A DNA stretch of 64,000 bases from Amoebidium appalachense (GCA_963693365.1 CAVNZM010000005.1:6952710-7016709); one strand, 5' to 3'; positions 1 through 33,625 are shown, counted from the stretch's first letter. The notes: generated by a model from the sequence alone, not told the origin. Made by a program: numbers and translations.

Positions 1-1319
1 TGTAAAAGCACCACACATGACTTTTGGAATTGAAGTAGGAAGGTGTGGTTTTGCCGTGAGAGTCCCTAATTGCATACACACCTTCATCCCCCCCCCCCAA
101 CAGCTTTGTACAAGAGGGTTTTGGACCCACCCTCCTGTGTACGAAGCTATTCACAAAAACCACCCCATAAGTAACCGTATGTACATGAATATGTAAAAGC
201 ACCACACATGACTTTTGGAATTGAAGTAGGAAGGTGTGGTTTTGCCGTGAGAGTCCCTAATTGCATACACACCTTCATCCCCCCCCCCAACAGCTTTGTA
301 CAAGAGGGTTTTGGCCCCACCCTCCTGTGTACAAAGCTATTCACGAAAACCCCCCCACAAGTAACCGTATGTACATGAATATGTAAAAGCACCACACATG
401 ACTTTGGAATTGAAGTAGGAAGGTGTGTTTTTGCCGTGAGAGTCCCTAATTGCATACACACCTTCATCCCCCCCCCAACAGCTTTGTACAAGAGGGTTTT
501 GGCCCCACCCTCCTGTGTACAAAGCTATTCACGAAAAACCCCCCCACAAGTAACCGTATGTACATGAATATGTAAAAGCACCACACATGACTTTGGGATT
601 GAAGTAGGAAGGTGGGGTTTTGCCGTGAGAGTCCCTAATTGCATACACACCTTCATCCCCCCCCCCAACAGCTTTTTACAAGAGGGTTTTGGCCCCACCC
701 TCCTGTGTACAAAGCTATTCACGAAAAACCCCCCACAAGTAACCGTATGTACATGAATATGTAAAAGCACCACACATGACTTTTGGAATTGAAGTAGGAA
801 GGTGTGGTTTTGCCGTGAGAGTCCCTAATTGCATACACACCTTCATCCCCCCCCCCCAACAGCTTTGTACAAGAGGGTTTTGGCCCCACCCTCCTGTGTA
901 CAAAGCTATTCACGAAAAACCCCCCCACAAGTAACCGTATGTACATGAAGATGTAAAAGCACCACATATGACTTTTGGAATTGAAGTAGGAAGGTGTGGT
1001 TTTGCCGTGAGAGTCCCTAATTGCATACACACCTTCATCCCCCCCCCAACAGCTTTGTACAAGAGGGTTTTGGACCCAACCTCCTGTGTACGAAGCTATT
1101 CACGAAAAACCCCCCCACAAGTAACCGTATGTACATGAAGATGTAAAAGCACCACATATGACTTTTGGAATTGAAGTAGGAAGGTGTGGTTTTGCCGTGA
1201 GAGTCCCTAATTGCATACACACCTTCATCCCCCCCCCCAACAGCTTTGTACAAGAGGGTTTTGGACCCACCCTCCTGTGTACGAAGCTATTCACAAAAAC
1301 CCCCCCATAAGTAACCGTA
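1..1319. repeat. Tandem array of ~190-bp units (7 copies visible, probably continuing off the left edge)
   Basis: Unit start TGTAAAAGCACCAC recurs at 1, 192, 382, 571, 760, 952 and 1142. Copies differ by a few substitutions and C-run lengths. The array ends at ...GTAACCGTAA (~1319), about 140 bp before the first recognisable transposase exon. Confidence 0.97.
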
Positions 1320-1461
1320 ATTACACAAAGGGGATTCGCATCATCTTTTGGCCTGTGGGTTTTTTTCCCTACTCCCCAAACGTCACATGGCCTTCTCTTC
1401 AGTATGTTAACATATGGCAACCCCCCCCCCCCCCCCCCCCCCACTTCCTGCAAACACGCAG

Positions 1462-7380
<5,919 letters not shown>

Positions 7381-7739
7381 TGTATGTCATTGCCTGTACC
7401 ACAGGGAATACATTCCCAAGAGTTGAATTCTTTATTCCGTATGTATGCCGTACTTGCCCGTATTTCACGGTTGGGGGGGGGGGGGGGGGGGGTTGTCATT
7501 ACTTTCCTGTATTATCCTTTATGCTACTTCAAGTTTTATACCCTACCGCTTACACAGGATGTAGGCTGGTGAAAGGTTTAATGGTAGGACGTTCGGTGAC
7601 GTTTGTACCACGGACCACGGGAACATCTTCCCCAGGAACATTATTCAAAACAAAGAACTTTTATATTTTGAGGTGCTAAAAACGTGAGGACCACTTGTTA
7701 TGGCCGTTGCCCTTCTCAATCTTGGTACGGAAATGCACC

Positions 7740-8890
7740 CATATTATACTGCAAATGTATTGTATATGACGTGTGTATATCGTACAGGTACTGGTAGTAT
7801 ATTGATAGTACCTCCTACGTAATGATTTGTTCGCATTCGAACATACTGGCAGTATATACTGAGACTATAACCAATATATGGTGTCCTTAGCTGTGTCCGT
7901 ATTGGTGACAGTATTATAGATGTATTCGCGACATTGCCAATACCACTTGTGCCTTAGATATTCGCAATAGGATAAAAGTTTTCTTGCTATATCATGTTTA
8001 TGTCCTACTAATATGGATGTGATATGGGTAGGATATGATCTACATAATATCAGTATATGTCCACCCTAATACCCCGGTATTAGCAATGTACTGCGCATAC
8101 AAGGACTACACTCCGAATATGTTTGTTGAACATGTGTTGGCAATACATTCACAATATTGCAACTACATAGGTAAAGTGACCTGTTCTTTCATCCCCAATA
8201 TTGTACCAATATATTGGCAATAAAATACACGCCCCATATTTTCGGTTGCTTTTACCTATTGATAATAGGTGCATAATAGTCTTGATATTGTGACGGATAC
8301 ATTGGCCATACATTTGGACCGAATTGAGATCCTATTATAAGCATATCACAACCCTATAACCAATAGCGACGATATGTTTGTATCGGCCATATGGGACATA
8401 TGTGTTGGGTATATTGCCAATAACCCAAAATGGTCAGGAATAATACATTCATAATATATTGGCAATAGTCTTGCCACGTTGGACAATACCATAATTTGAC
8501 ACAAAATTATCCTACATTTTATATATTCATAACTTATTGACAATACTCCGCAAGCAATAGTATAATACCGAATAAATACATTGACAATATCGAAATTGTA
8601 TTGTTAATAGGCACACGTACACGCGTTTTGAGATATTGCCAGTACATTACTCATACGGTATATAGTTATTGGTGGTAGACCCGGCATGGTATGACAATAA
8701 TATCAAAATATGTTGCCGATATTACGTCAATATTACCGTTCTATTACACTTCTATAGCGTCTCTACCACAGAAAATCTCTACTCGCAATACATTGGCAAT
8801 GGATAATTGATATTACTTCAGTATTAATCTGGTATTGTTACGATATTGGCAATAGATAATAGCCTCACAATATTGGCAATACCGCCGGGA
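7740..8890. repeat. AT-rich subterminal region with more than 30 CAATA/TATTG motifs, often in near-palindromic pairs (TATTGGCAATA, CAATATTG)
   Basis: Examples: CAATATATTGGCAATA ~8207, TATTGCCAATA ~8412, TATTGGCAATA ~8457 and ~8844, CAATATTGGCAATA ~8868. The region lacks the microsatellites typical of the host DNA. Confidence 0.7.
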
Positions 8891-11346
8891 AGTTTGCTGA
8901 TGTTTGAGGAGGGGCAACATCCCTGTGCAAGCTGCATAGAGGTAGATCTCCTGAGTACGTGTGGTTTCAGCCCGGTGAAAGACTTTAGGCCCAGAGGTTC
9001 ATGAACACCATCACTGTTCGTCCGCTGCATATGAAACTTGGATGTTGACTTTGCACATGTCTGGCCCCGTTCAGATGGATCACGTGAATTAGAAACGGTT
9101 TCTGCTTGCGATGTTTTTGGTGAGGGTGATCGTGATGAGCGGATGTAGTCTTGCGTGTAGACGATGGTGAAGATGGGCTGAGTGAGCTTGGCGTTTGAAA
9201 GCTCTGAATTGGGGGACTCTGTGGTCGAAAAGGAGTTTCATATTAGACAAGAGAGAGTAACACGCCGTGAAAAGTTTGTTTTAGGGGCCCAGGATGATCT
9301 GGATGGCCGAGGCAAAAAAAGGAAAAGTATAGTATAGATAGAGATGCCGGAAACACATGAACTATAGATAAGTTCTACGTAACTGACAGCTACAGGCTTG
9401 CAAAAGGCGAATTGAGGGGTACATAGTGCTCGTATGATAGACATCTACACAGGAGGGAGACTGATCACGATGTGCATCATGGTGTGATGCCAGGAACGGA
9501 AATGAAAATGAAGCAAGCGGTGACAGATAAGGAGGCGAGGAGGATACGAGGTAAATAATCTAACATTAACACGCTTGAAAAGAAGCAGATGCACGTGGCT
9601 GTGGGGAAGGCCAAAAGCCTGCGCATGTTATAACAGGTGGATCTTTCCGAGGCCAGAAAAACGGGAGGGAAAAAGGCAGAGCTCGAGCTAGCTCGGGCAA
9701 TCGGCACTGCTATTGATTAGACCACAACCGTGCTTCTACGTACACATCTACGTGGGTAGCAACCTAGAACCGTGTGTTTAATTGTGTGCCATTGTATGCA
9801 GTTTATTATCAGGGAAAGGGAAAGGAGGGTGTTCAACTTCTGATCAGACTTATGACCGCAGCTGCAGGACTTGTTTGAACACGACCATGCCACGGACCAA
9901 CCGCGGTCCACGACCGTTGGTTTGTTTATTTATTACCAGTGCTCGGTGCCGCGTGCGGCGTGAGCCGCATGTCCAAGTTTCAGTTTCCCGCCAAGAAGAT
10001 CTATTTGTGGCCAGTGATTGGTGCAATAATGATAATGCAGCCAATCAAATGGCGCCTAGGTGCGCGTGACTGGGGGGGCGCCCGCCGCGACCGGCGATCG
10101 TGGCGTCACACGACCGACCGTGAACGTCGTCAGGGTGCGTTTCGCGATCTTTTAGCATGCCCATACGAACACGATTTGCCACTTCTTTATTGCAAAAGAA
10201 TCTTTCTAAACCTGAAGAGCTGTGGATATGTATCAGTAACCTAAATTCTACTGTTTTCTGTTTCTGTGGAGCGTACTCCAGAACACATGATCCTTGACGT
10301 AGTCGTCGACTGGTCTGCAGGGCTCCAGCCATGAAAATTCCACCGTGGAGGTACATTCCAACGTCAAGATCACTACATTCGATTGGATGTTGGAAGATTT
10401 TCCCACTGCATGTCCCTCCAATCAAAATTGGTCGACTATCTTCTATAGGAGGTATTTGCCTTTTTGGGAAGGTCATTCACTTCATTGTGCCACACTATCG
10501 TCGTAGTCTCGCAGAACTCAACACGATAGTCCATTTACTGCCTGCCATTGAAACCAAATACAAAGAAGATTTACCACATAATAAAAGAAAAATAACTAAC
10601 TATTTTAACAGAGTTTTTACTGGTGTTAATGTGTGGCTAAAGGTTGGCAACCAGCAAAGAAATGTGAGTCACAGTGTGGCGCCTAAGCTTGGCGATGATT
10701 GGCTCAAATGCGTCATCCTAATCGGTTGACTCTGGCGGCCTGCGGGCGGTCCGGGGCTCCAAGCTCCTGAATGCCGCCAGCAGATATCATAAATATGCAT
10801 AAAAATCTGATGCAATGTTCACTTAGATTATTGCACTAGGAATATTTAATTATGCACCATGAAAAAAATGCTTTTGAGCAAATGAATTTGCGAAATATCT
10901 GTGCGTAGTTCAAAGGCAGACTTGGCAGTAAGGCTTCGGAAGGCTTTGGAAAGTTGAAGGATGCGTGAAAGCATTCCGCCAGGTCAAAGCGTTCCCCCTA
11001 TATCTCGAAGCCTCCAGATTCTTTGTTGAACGCTTCGAAACAGAAATCTGAAACGGGTGCACCGTGCACCTATACAGCATGCAGCAATGTTTGCGTACAT
11101 TTAATAATCGAAAATAAACCTTTGAATATAAATAAATACGATGAACATCGCAAAAAACAGACTTTTCAAAGCAGGCCCTGTTCCAGAAAATTTCCTTGAC
11201 TCCGGCAATCTGGATCATCTCTCAAAGCTGATTGGCCCATGCGGTATCTCGACACTGGATAGCCACTGCGGTCAATAGCACAAATCCTACCGTTTTACTG
11301 GCCCCTATGGGCCATGATCACAGGCGCCGGAAATCTTCCGTTAAAA

Positions 11347-11599
11347 CACGTGAGAACAAAAAGAATACTATGATTGGTGTGTTAGCCGGATACGTCAGGT
11401 CTAGATATCGGCAGTGTTATGGAAAAGGAATCTCGCGCGCCAACAAAATGGCGCGCAAGTTTTTTCTACGGTGCTTTTTCTGTTGGGGCACACAAACACG
11501 CACGCCTTTGGACCACGCAAAAAAAACGCATGCACACGTGTGTTTTCAACTTTCAAGTGACACGCAGGCACACTTTCAACCTATTTCTTTATACACGTG
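11347..11599. promoter_or_regulatory. Cluster of three CACGTG E-boxes upstream of the Mxd/Mnt-like gene
   Basis: CACGTG at 11347-11352, 11535-11540 and 11594-11599, about 280-540 bp upstream of ATG 11884. Function is inferred only. Confidence 0.35.
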
Positions 11600-11883
11600 C
11601 ATGTACCAGTCTACCTGTTCACTCTGCACGCATAACTGGAAGAGGAAGTGTAGAAACGCACGCGGGCTGGAAAACTCATAAACGTGGCTACGACGGTATA
11701 CTCAACTTGGTCGAAGCTGCTTTTTTACGTCTGTGACGCTTCGGACCTCATACACACCATCGCGCTCTATTGGCCTTTTCCTCACCCACTTACTCTCGCC
11801 TATTCTGCACTTAAGCCCTATTGGGTGCGCTAAGAACAAACCTTCACACACGGCCCATCCGTCACTGCTGTTAGAGTGAGAAA

Positions 11884-11998
11884 ATGGCTGCCTTGACTGA
11901 GCTTCTCAACGCTGCCTACTGGCTCGAGCAACAAGGTAGGGCCCTTCCCCACTGCCAGTTCCTGTTCAGATGTGCTATCTATAATGCAGAACTTGTGC

Positions 11999-12037
<39 letters not shown>

Positions 12038-12797
12038 CTTCTTCTTTTTTTTTTTTCCCGCTTGTGCTGCTACTCTCTCCCTGCTCTGCTATGCCGTGCC
12101 CAATACTCCTGATATTACTTTTTTTCCTGTTACGCCTGGTATATGGCCCACTTCCCCCCCCCCCCCCCCCCGGCTCCCCCTGGCTGTCAGCACCCACTGA
12201 TACTAACCCCACTTCACCCTAACAGGTAGACCGGAAAAGCTTGAACCGGAAACCCTTGAGTCCCTCCTCCAGCTTGCCGTCGAGCGCAAACCGTCGACCA
12301 CAGACGGAGAGAACGACATTCTTTCCATGTGCTCAGAGGCCTCCGAGTCAGAATGCAGCCCAGTGGCCACAGTGCCAGTTCGGGACGTCTCCCTCTCTCC
12401 CATGTCACCCATCAGACAGGGGAAGTCTCCAACAACGAAGACGCTGCGGGCGAAGTCGGAGAAGGCCGGAGGGAAGATTAGGGTGCGGGTAAGCAGCATC
12501 TCTTCTTCCTCATCTCCAAAGGAGTCATCCGACAAGCGGCGCGAGTGCCATAACATTTATGAAAAGCAGCGCAGGGCGCAGCTGAAGACCAGTTTGGAGG
12601 CACTGAAGGAGACGGTGCCTACGCTGGCCGATGTGGACAAGCCGTCGACGCTCGATGTTTTGCAGCATTCTCTGCATTTAATTGAGGACCTCAGAGAGCA
12701 GCAGGAAAAGCTGTCTGCGCGGAAGAAGGAGGAGGAGGAAAGACGCCAACGGCTGCTGGGCATGCTCTCACAGCTCAAGACGGAAGATGCCCAATAG
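11884..12797 (+). CDS. Mad/Mxd/Mnt-family bHLH-ZIP transcriptional repressor, 207 aa; exons 11884-11935 and 12226-12797
   Basis: Exon 1 MAALTELLNAAYWLEQQ resembles the Sin3-interaction domain (LLEAAxYLE). A phase-1 GT-AG intron with CTAAC branch point joins it in frame to RRECHNIYEKQRRAQLKTSLEALKETVP...STLDVLQHSLHLIEDL plus a leucine zipper. EKxRRAxL is characteristic of Mxd/Mnt. Confidence 0.88.
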
Positions 12798-13458
12798 GAA
12801 TGGGTTATTAGTGCTCCGGGGGAACGTGTGTGAAGTATATATACATATACATATTTAGGTTAATGAACGTAGGTTTGCATGTGATTGTCTCGTTGCCCAA
12901 GCGTAGAATTGTACGTAAGATATGGCAAAGATGGAGGCGCTGCAGGCAGCGCCGACAGGCGAGAAAATTTCTGAATGGCGCACTGTGTTATCAAATTGAA
13001 GTAAACGTAGTGCTGGTGTACATGTATGTGACATGTCCCAAGCTTCTGGATTCTATCAGCCCCTCCTTTATTCTCGTGTGAAATACACCAAGCGCAAGGT
13101 AGGTGGACGAGTACCAGCTCCTGTCCTCTATTTTTCGGATGGAGTACCGTATCCTTTATACAAGTTTAATGGTCGTGTATATCCCCCCCCCCTCCCCTTT
13201 CCCCCCCCCTCCCCCCTCGTGCTGATTATGCTTATTATGCATATTATTTGCATATTATTTAGGTGTGGTTTGCACTATGCATCGTGTTGTCCGTTGTTTA
13301 TGTGCACTTTGTACTTTACCTCCCATTCAAGCTCCTCCTCCCCCCTCCCCCCACCACCACCACCACCACCCGCGCGCACACAAAAAAACACAGCATTATA
13401 TTTTCAATTATAACTTTATGTACTTCGTGCTCTTTAACCCGTTCTAACTCCTACCCCC

Positions 13459-13489
<31 letters not shown>

Positions 13490-14708
13490 AAAAAAAAAAA
13501 GAAAACCCCCGAAAACAAAACGGAGCAAAACACTTACAATGCAGCCCCCTAGCCTTTTTACACATAAAATTTGCCGATTTTAGTTAATTGACGTTTTGTG
13601 TGCCACTATGTACTCACAACTGCAGCGCAGTATTCAGTGTGCACTTCTACATAACGGTTTTATCGGGTGGCCACATGGACATTGCATGGAATAGGCATGG
13701 AGCAGAGTGACTCCAAGATGATCACCGTACATATGCACATCAGTAAAAATAATAGACATGGGGCCACTCTGAGTGCATAGTCTTCCCCCCCCCCCCCCCC
13801 CCCCTCCCCCCCCCCCCTAACACAACAGACAAACACACACCACAAACACGCTACAACACACACACTTACACACACACGCGTACCCTACAGATTCATAACA
13901 TCAGCAAACACTCATGTGTATGTGGTACTAAACTCTGAATATATTAAGTCACACGCACACTGCACTGACAGTAGCCCAAAAAGCTGGCTCCCCACTGCGC
14001 TGTTCTCTCTCCCCCCCCCCCCCCTCTCCCCCTCCCCCCCCCTCCCCCTCCCCCCCCCTCCCCCCCTTCCCCTCTCCTCCTCCCCCGTCGACTTGCCACA
14101 TCCACATAAAGTCAGTTAACCATACATACATCGCTGTGTCTCTCGTACCTTGCTTGGGATTGCCGGCCCGCACGGACTTCATGGGGGCCTACCGCCACTT
14201 GCTCACGGTTTCCCTTGAAGTCTTCGGAAACACAACCACATTTTCAATTTGTTATCACGCTCAGCAAAGTTTTCTGGGAAAACTGTGCACGGTTCACCCT
14301 TTTGCCCTCCTGTGCTACCGTGGACCCATATCAAGGTGACACAGACACGGTGTAGTGGACCGAGTCTGCCAAACCCGTGTTTTCTTTGTTAGCGTAGCTT
14401 ACTTTCATTTACCGTATACGTACATACTATTTAGATTACTATTACCTTTCGTAAATAGCAGCTAGTACAGAGATCTTGCAAGCCCATGCCAAAGAAAGTT
14501 TTCCCCCCCTGCCGGTGGCTTTTCTTGCGTTAACAAGAATCAGTTTGTCAATTTTGATACGTTCAACCGATCTGCAGAACTATACTATGAGGATGTATAG
14601 GATGTGTGCTGCACTTCCTCATCACGAAAAGTGCCTTTCTCGGATCCTTATTGACTGGTGCCATGGTTTAGCCCCCCTTCACTCACTTCCCCCCGGCCTC
14701 CCTCCCCT

Positions 14709-14739
<31 letters not shown>

Positions 14740-15155
14740 ACCCCCCCCCCCTCCCCATCCACACACACACTCACAATTCCCACCCACCGTCACCCTATCC
14801 CTTTGGCCGTGCTCAACCCGAGCCCCATCACACGCACATACACCTGCCCCAAACCGCCCCAATATATTCCCCTTGTGCATATATGTGTAGTTCTCTCTGT
14901 TGGCCGCAGGACTTGTGTAAGTCTGAGCCTACATGCGGTTAGGTATCTACCCATTCGCAACAATTCTTAGCTTCCGGAACAACCATCAATTGAGGTGTCA
15001 TGAATCTTTGCCAACCAAGTCGTGTGGGTCGAGACCTGAAAGATGTGGCAGAGCGCCCAATAGTATACGTATAAACTGTGCCGGTTGCAGAAACCAGTAC
15101 TGTGACCGTGCTTACTATAATTTTAACCAGATATATCGACTTTTTTGCCATACAC

Positions 15156-15215
<60 letters not shown>

Positions 15216-15855
15216 GTGTGAGATGTGTGTGTTGCGCAACACGTATGTGGTCGCTCCTTGGTCCGGGGCCCAAATTAGGCTATTGCTGAACTCCACTCAC
15301 AAAAAATAGTAATCGGTTATAATGGGGGCTCTCTCAAGACGCCCACCAACCCATAAAACCAAGTTCTCACCGTTCAGTTCTGCACGATATAGAAGACTGA
15401 GCAGAGCTGATTTATGGTGACTGTGATACCCCCATACTATCCATTGGCAGGTGCTTTTCACACATGTATCTTGTGCCTGGCTGGCAACAGTAATGTATGT
15501 GGCACTTGTCTTTTAATGATAACGGTTTCGTCAAACACGGTGGTGTACATGTATCAGTGCATGCACGGGATGTCTATTTATACGCCCCCCCCCCCCCCCC
15601 TTCCCCCCCCCCCCCCTGGGCCCCACCCCTTTCAACCCCCCCCCCTCCCCCCGCCCCCCTAATCCCCCCCCCTCCCCCCACTCTCCCCCCCCCCCATCTC
15701 TCCCCTCCCCCCCCTCCCCCCCTCGCCCCCCCCCCCACTCTCCCCGACCTCCCTCCCCCTTCCCCCGGCGGGTGCCCCTCTCTCCTCCCTTCCCGCCCCG
15801 CCTCTCTCTCCTTTTCTCTCTCTCTCTCTCTCTCGCTCTCTCGCTCTCCCTCTTT

Positions 15856-15910
<55 letters not shown>

Positions 15911-15964
15911 CCTCTCTCTCTCCCTCTCTCAAATCTCTGTCTCTCTAGCTCTCTAGCTCTCTCT

Positions 15965-16051
<87 letters not shown>

Positions 16052-16289
16052 ACACACACACAGTGAGTGCAAACATCAACCGGGTGATGAGGCCAGAATT
16101 TGAAGTACGTGTGCACGCACGCACACGTGTTCAGAGGGCCGACGTGGATGTAGGCAGGGGTCGATGTGCCCTCGTTGCTGTGGCTTTCCCCGGGCTTTCC
16201 CACGCGTAAACACGATACATATCGCAAACATGTCGACATGCCACCCCCGCACGCACGGTAAATTTCGCAGAGCACTGGCTCTGGGGATA

Positions 16290-16340
16290 GGCCAACCAAT
16301 CAAATGTATGCGGCTCACTATCCGCCAATCAAATGCGTGC
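16290..16340 (+). promoter_or_regulatory. Paired CCAAT boxes (CCAATCAAATG x2) in the likely MCCC1 promoter
   Basis: CCAATCAAATG at ~16296 and ~16325, upstream of a probable 5'-UTR exon (donor ~16438, acceptor ~16635) and ATG 16645. Confidence 0.5.
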
Positions 16341-16644
16341 GTCGCCGACCATGAATGGCTGCATTTTGAATGTTTTTTGTGAACGTTGCAGTTCGTGACT
16401 CAATCGTGAGTGCGGTCAGTGTGTGTGTTTTCTTGAGGTGGGTCGGATCGTGGGAAAACGAAAACGATATATGCTAGGCCTAGGGGGAGAGGAGAGGAAG
16501 GTGTCACTTACTGGAAGAACAATTTTGTTACAGGAGGGTTAGTTGAAAGATCCCACCACCATCTTTGAGGTGAATTTGCCAACTCACCGTGTGCACGGTG
16601 CAAAACGTACTTGCTAACTTCGTGTTGGGTTCCAGGCGTTAAGA

Positions 16645-30943
<14,299 letters not shown>

Positions 30944-30995
30944 ACACGTGTGTGTGTGCGTGTGTGTGCGTGTGCGTGTGTGTGTATGTGTGTAT

Positions 30996-31030
<35 letters not shown>

Positions 31031-33625
31031 AAGTGTCAAGGTAAACACATAGTAGGGCGGAGTGCTAGACTTTGCAACCAGCAAAATGTGTTGGCTGATC
31101 TGTACGTAACGTAAGAGCCCAAATACTCTGAGATATAATGGCTTGGTATATGTAGCGGATTTACTTTATCAGTCAGTCTATCCTGCATTATGATTGATGA
31201 TTGTATTTATCGAGCGTGGATGAAGAAAGAAAAAAGTCGAACATTTAGACAGCTTTTGTGACTGGAGATAGTGCATGACCGGTGGCTGGGGAAGAAACGG
31301 TTGCAAGCAATGATTGCGGCACCTTGTAATGAGCAGATATGTGCATTTTAAATTTGTATTTTCCTTTCCTCTCTAGCATATTTATCAGATTACTGTAGGT
31401 GGGCTGGAACCCAGGGTACATATCGCACGTTGAAATTTGGGTGGTATATCTCACCTTTATCGCAAGTGTCAAGATGCCCTTCTCCTCATGCGTACGTACA
31501 TATATCAGCTACCTACATGTATCAACAATAAGCACAAAAGCCGTAATGCACAAAGCAGAAAACTTGTGCAGGGTGAATTGTTTGTGTGTGACTGGGGGGG
31601 GGGGGGGGATTAAAAATAGCTTCTTAGTTAGCAGCATGCGTGTGGGTGACCCAACGATTATCAGCGAGCTACATACGCTCACAAGAAGGACTCATGTGTT
31701 CCCTTTCGTGCCTCACTGCAACTCGAGGGTCGGATCGGTTTGCCATGGTGAAAGGCCTCAAGGGTGTGATTGTGGGATTGTTTGTGCCCTGTCTACCACA
31801 GTGGTGGCTGTGGTACATACATACTTCACTCAGTATTCTAACCCTAAGGTGATGGGGCAGCCTCGGAGTCTGTTAGAGAAGGTTGTATTAGGTTGTACAT
31901 GTAAACACCTGTCACTTGGCTGCCTCTAAGATTTCCAGTCCATTATGCTCGTTAACCGGCAATATGCTGCTAGGAGGTTTATCCCCTACATATCTCCCAT
32001 CATCGGCGTTTGCAATTTTTTGATTGTTTGTTTACTTTATCAACACTGAGTCCACACACCGCATTCGAGACTTTGCAAGGGTTTGTTTATGTACAACGCC
32101 TTCCCTACGATTGCCCCCCTGACCCCCTGTTTGTCCTCCATACGGCCCTTGCCCCCACACTCCATCTCTCTCCCGATGTATCTATCTCTTCCTATCATAG
32201 AGCAATGTCTGGATTTTGCACCCATGGCCATACCCCCAAACATGCTGGGCACGACCGTACTATATATAGCACAAATGGGTTAGATTGACTGTAGACTGTT
32301 TCCCTTCTGCTTCACGGGTTAATTTGAACACCTTTCCTTGTATAGGAAGGCTTAGGGATGGAAAAGTAGAATACACGGTTTGGGTGATCAGATACTGTTG
32401 GGATAGATAGGTGTTAGGCAACGCCTGTAGCCCCCCTCCCCCCCTCCCCCCTCCCCCTCTCCCCCCCTCTCCTCCTCCCCCCCCTCCCCTCCCCCCCTCT
32501 CCCCCCGCGCCCCCGGCCCAGATACCCTATTTTTTTGTAGGGGGGCTAACCACATCGGCAGTGTCAACTTGCTCCAAGCAAGGTTATTCTGCGAAGTGCA
32601 AAAAATGGAGAATTATTCTGCAAAATGCAAAATTATTCTACAAACAGGATATTCTGCAAAAAGCAGAATTAGTGCTGGAGGATATCTATCCAGCACTGAA
32701 ATAGTATCTGCAAAAGCAGGATTGTTTCTAGCAGAATAATGGCCCGGGTACCATATCAGGAGCGGGCAATTTTTGAATTTCCGGCCCCGCCGAGGAAAAT
32801 TTGAGGTTTTTGGACCTCAAAGAAGTCAAATGCTGCAAAATCCACTACCGGGAGGCCAAGAAGGGTGATTTCACAAAAAAGCAGGGTCATACATCAATTA
32901 AAGATAATAGGCGAGTTCAGTGGGCTGCCGATAAGCATATTTCGTGCTGCCGGTATACATGCTGCCGTGGTTGTTGCTCTAGACGGCAGTATGGCATTGC
33001 ATGTGTCACGTGACCTGCACGTGAATGCGACCATGTGCAGGCACTGAGTCTAGGGGGATTTGTGTGTGTGTTTTGGAGCACCGACAAGGCAGAGCCAGGG
33101 TGAGGGATGTGTAAACATGGAGTTTGGGGAGATCGTGCTGCTATTGTAACATGTGCACAAAACAGCCACGTGCAACACACTCCGGTGTACAGAACAATAA
33201 TATGCACATGCGTCACTGTAATACCATGTATGCGCATGCCGCACAAGATTTTAGGAAACCACCACAGTAGAGACTATTTTCTTTTGGTTGATATCCATGT
33301 AGGAATGGTGTGTTGCAATTGTCATGATCAGCCTGAGGCAGGCACGTGCACTCACTGAATTACTAGAACTCATGAATAAAAAATACATTCGCTAAAAGTG
33401 GCAAGGTAAATTAGGGGCCAAGTTATTATTTCCCCTTTTTGAAACGTTTTTTTAGCTCCAAGAACTTCGACGTCGAAATTTCTTTATTTGGCTATCGTAT
33501 ATGATAATGAACACGTGTACTTAAAGTAGCCTGTAAATATGAGCGGCCGGTTACAAATACAGTGACGAAAAACAGTGACTCACGAACACTTTTTCTTTTT
33601 ATCCCCCCCCCCCCTTCCCCCCCCC

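Noticed and set aside
1-1319. CRISPR-like array next to a nuclease
   Set aside because: Units are repeated end to end with no unique spacers, no cas genes are present and the context is eukaryotic.
12327-12797. Myc or Max
   Set aside because: The N-terminal SID exon and EKQRRAQL basic region indicate Mxd/Mnt, and no Myc boxes are seen.
31400-32330. Degenerate gene or LINE fragment in a microsatellite-poor stretch
   Set aside because: No frame yields a recognisable motif, so it is left unannotated.
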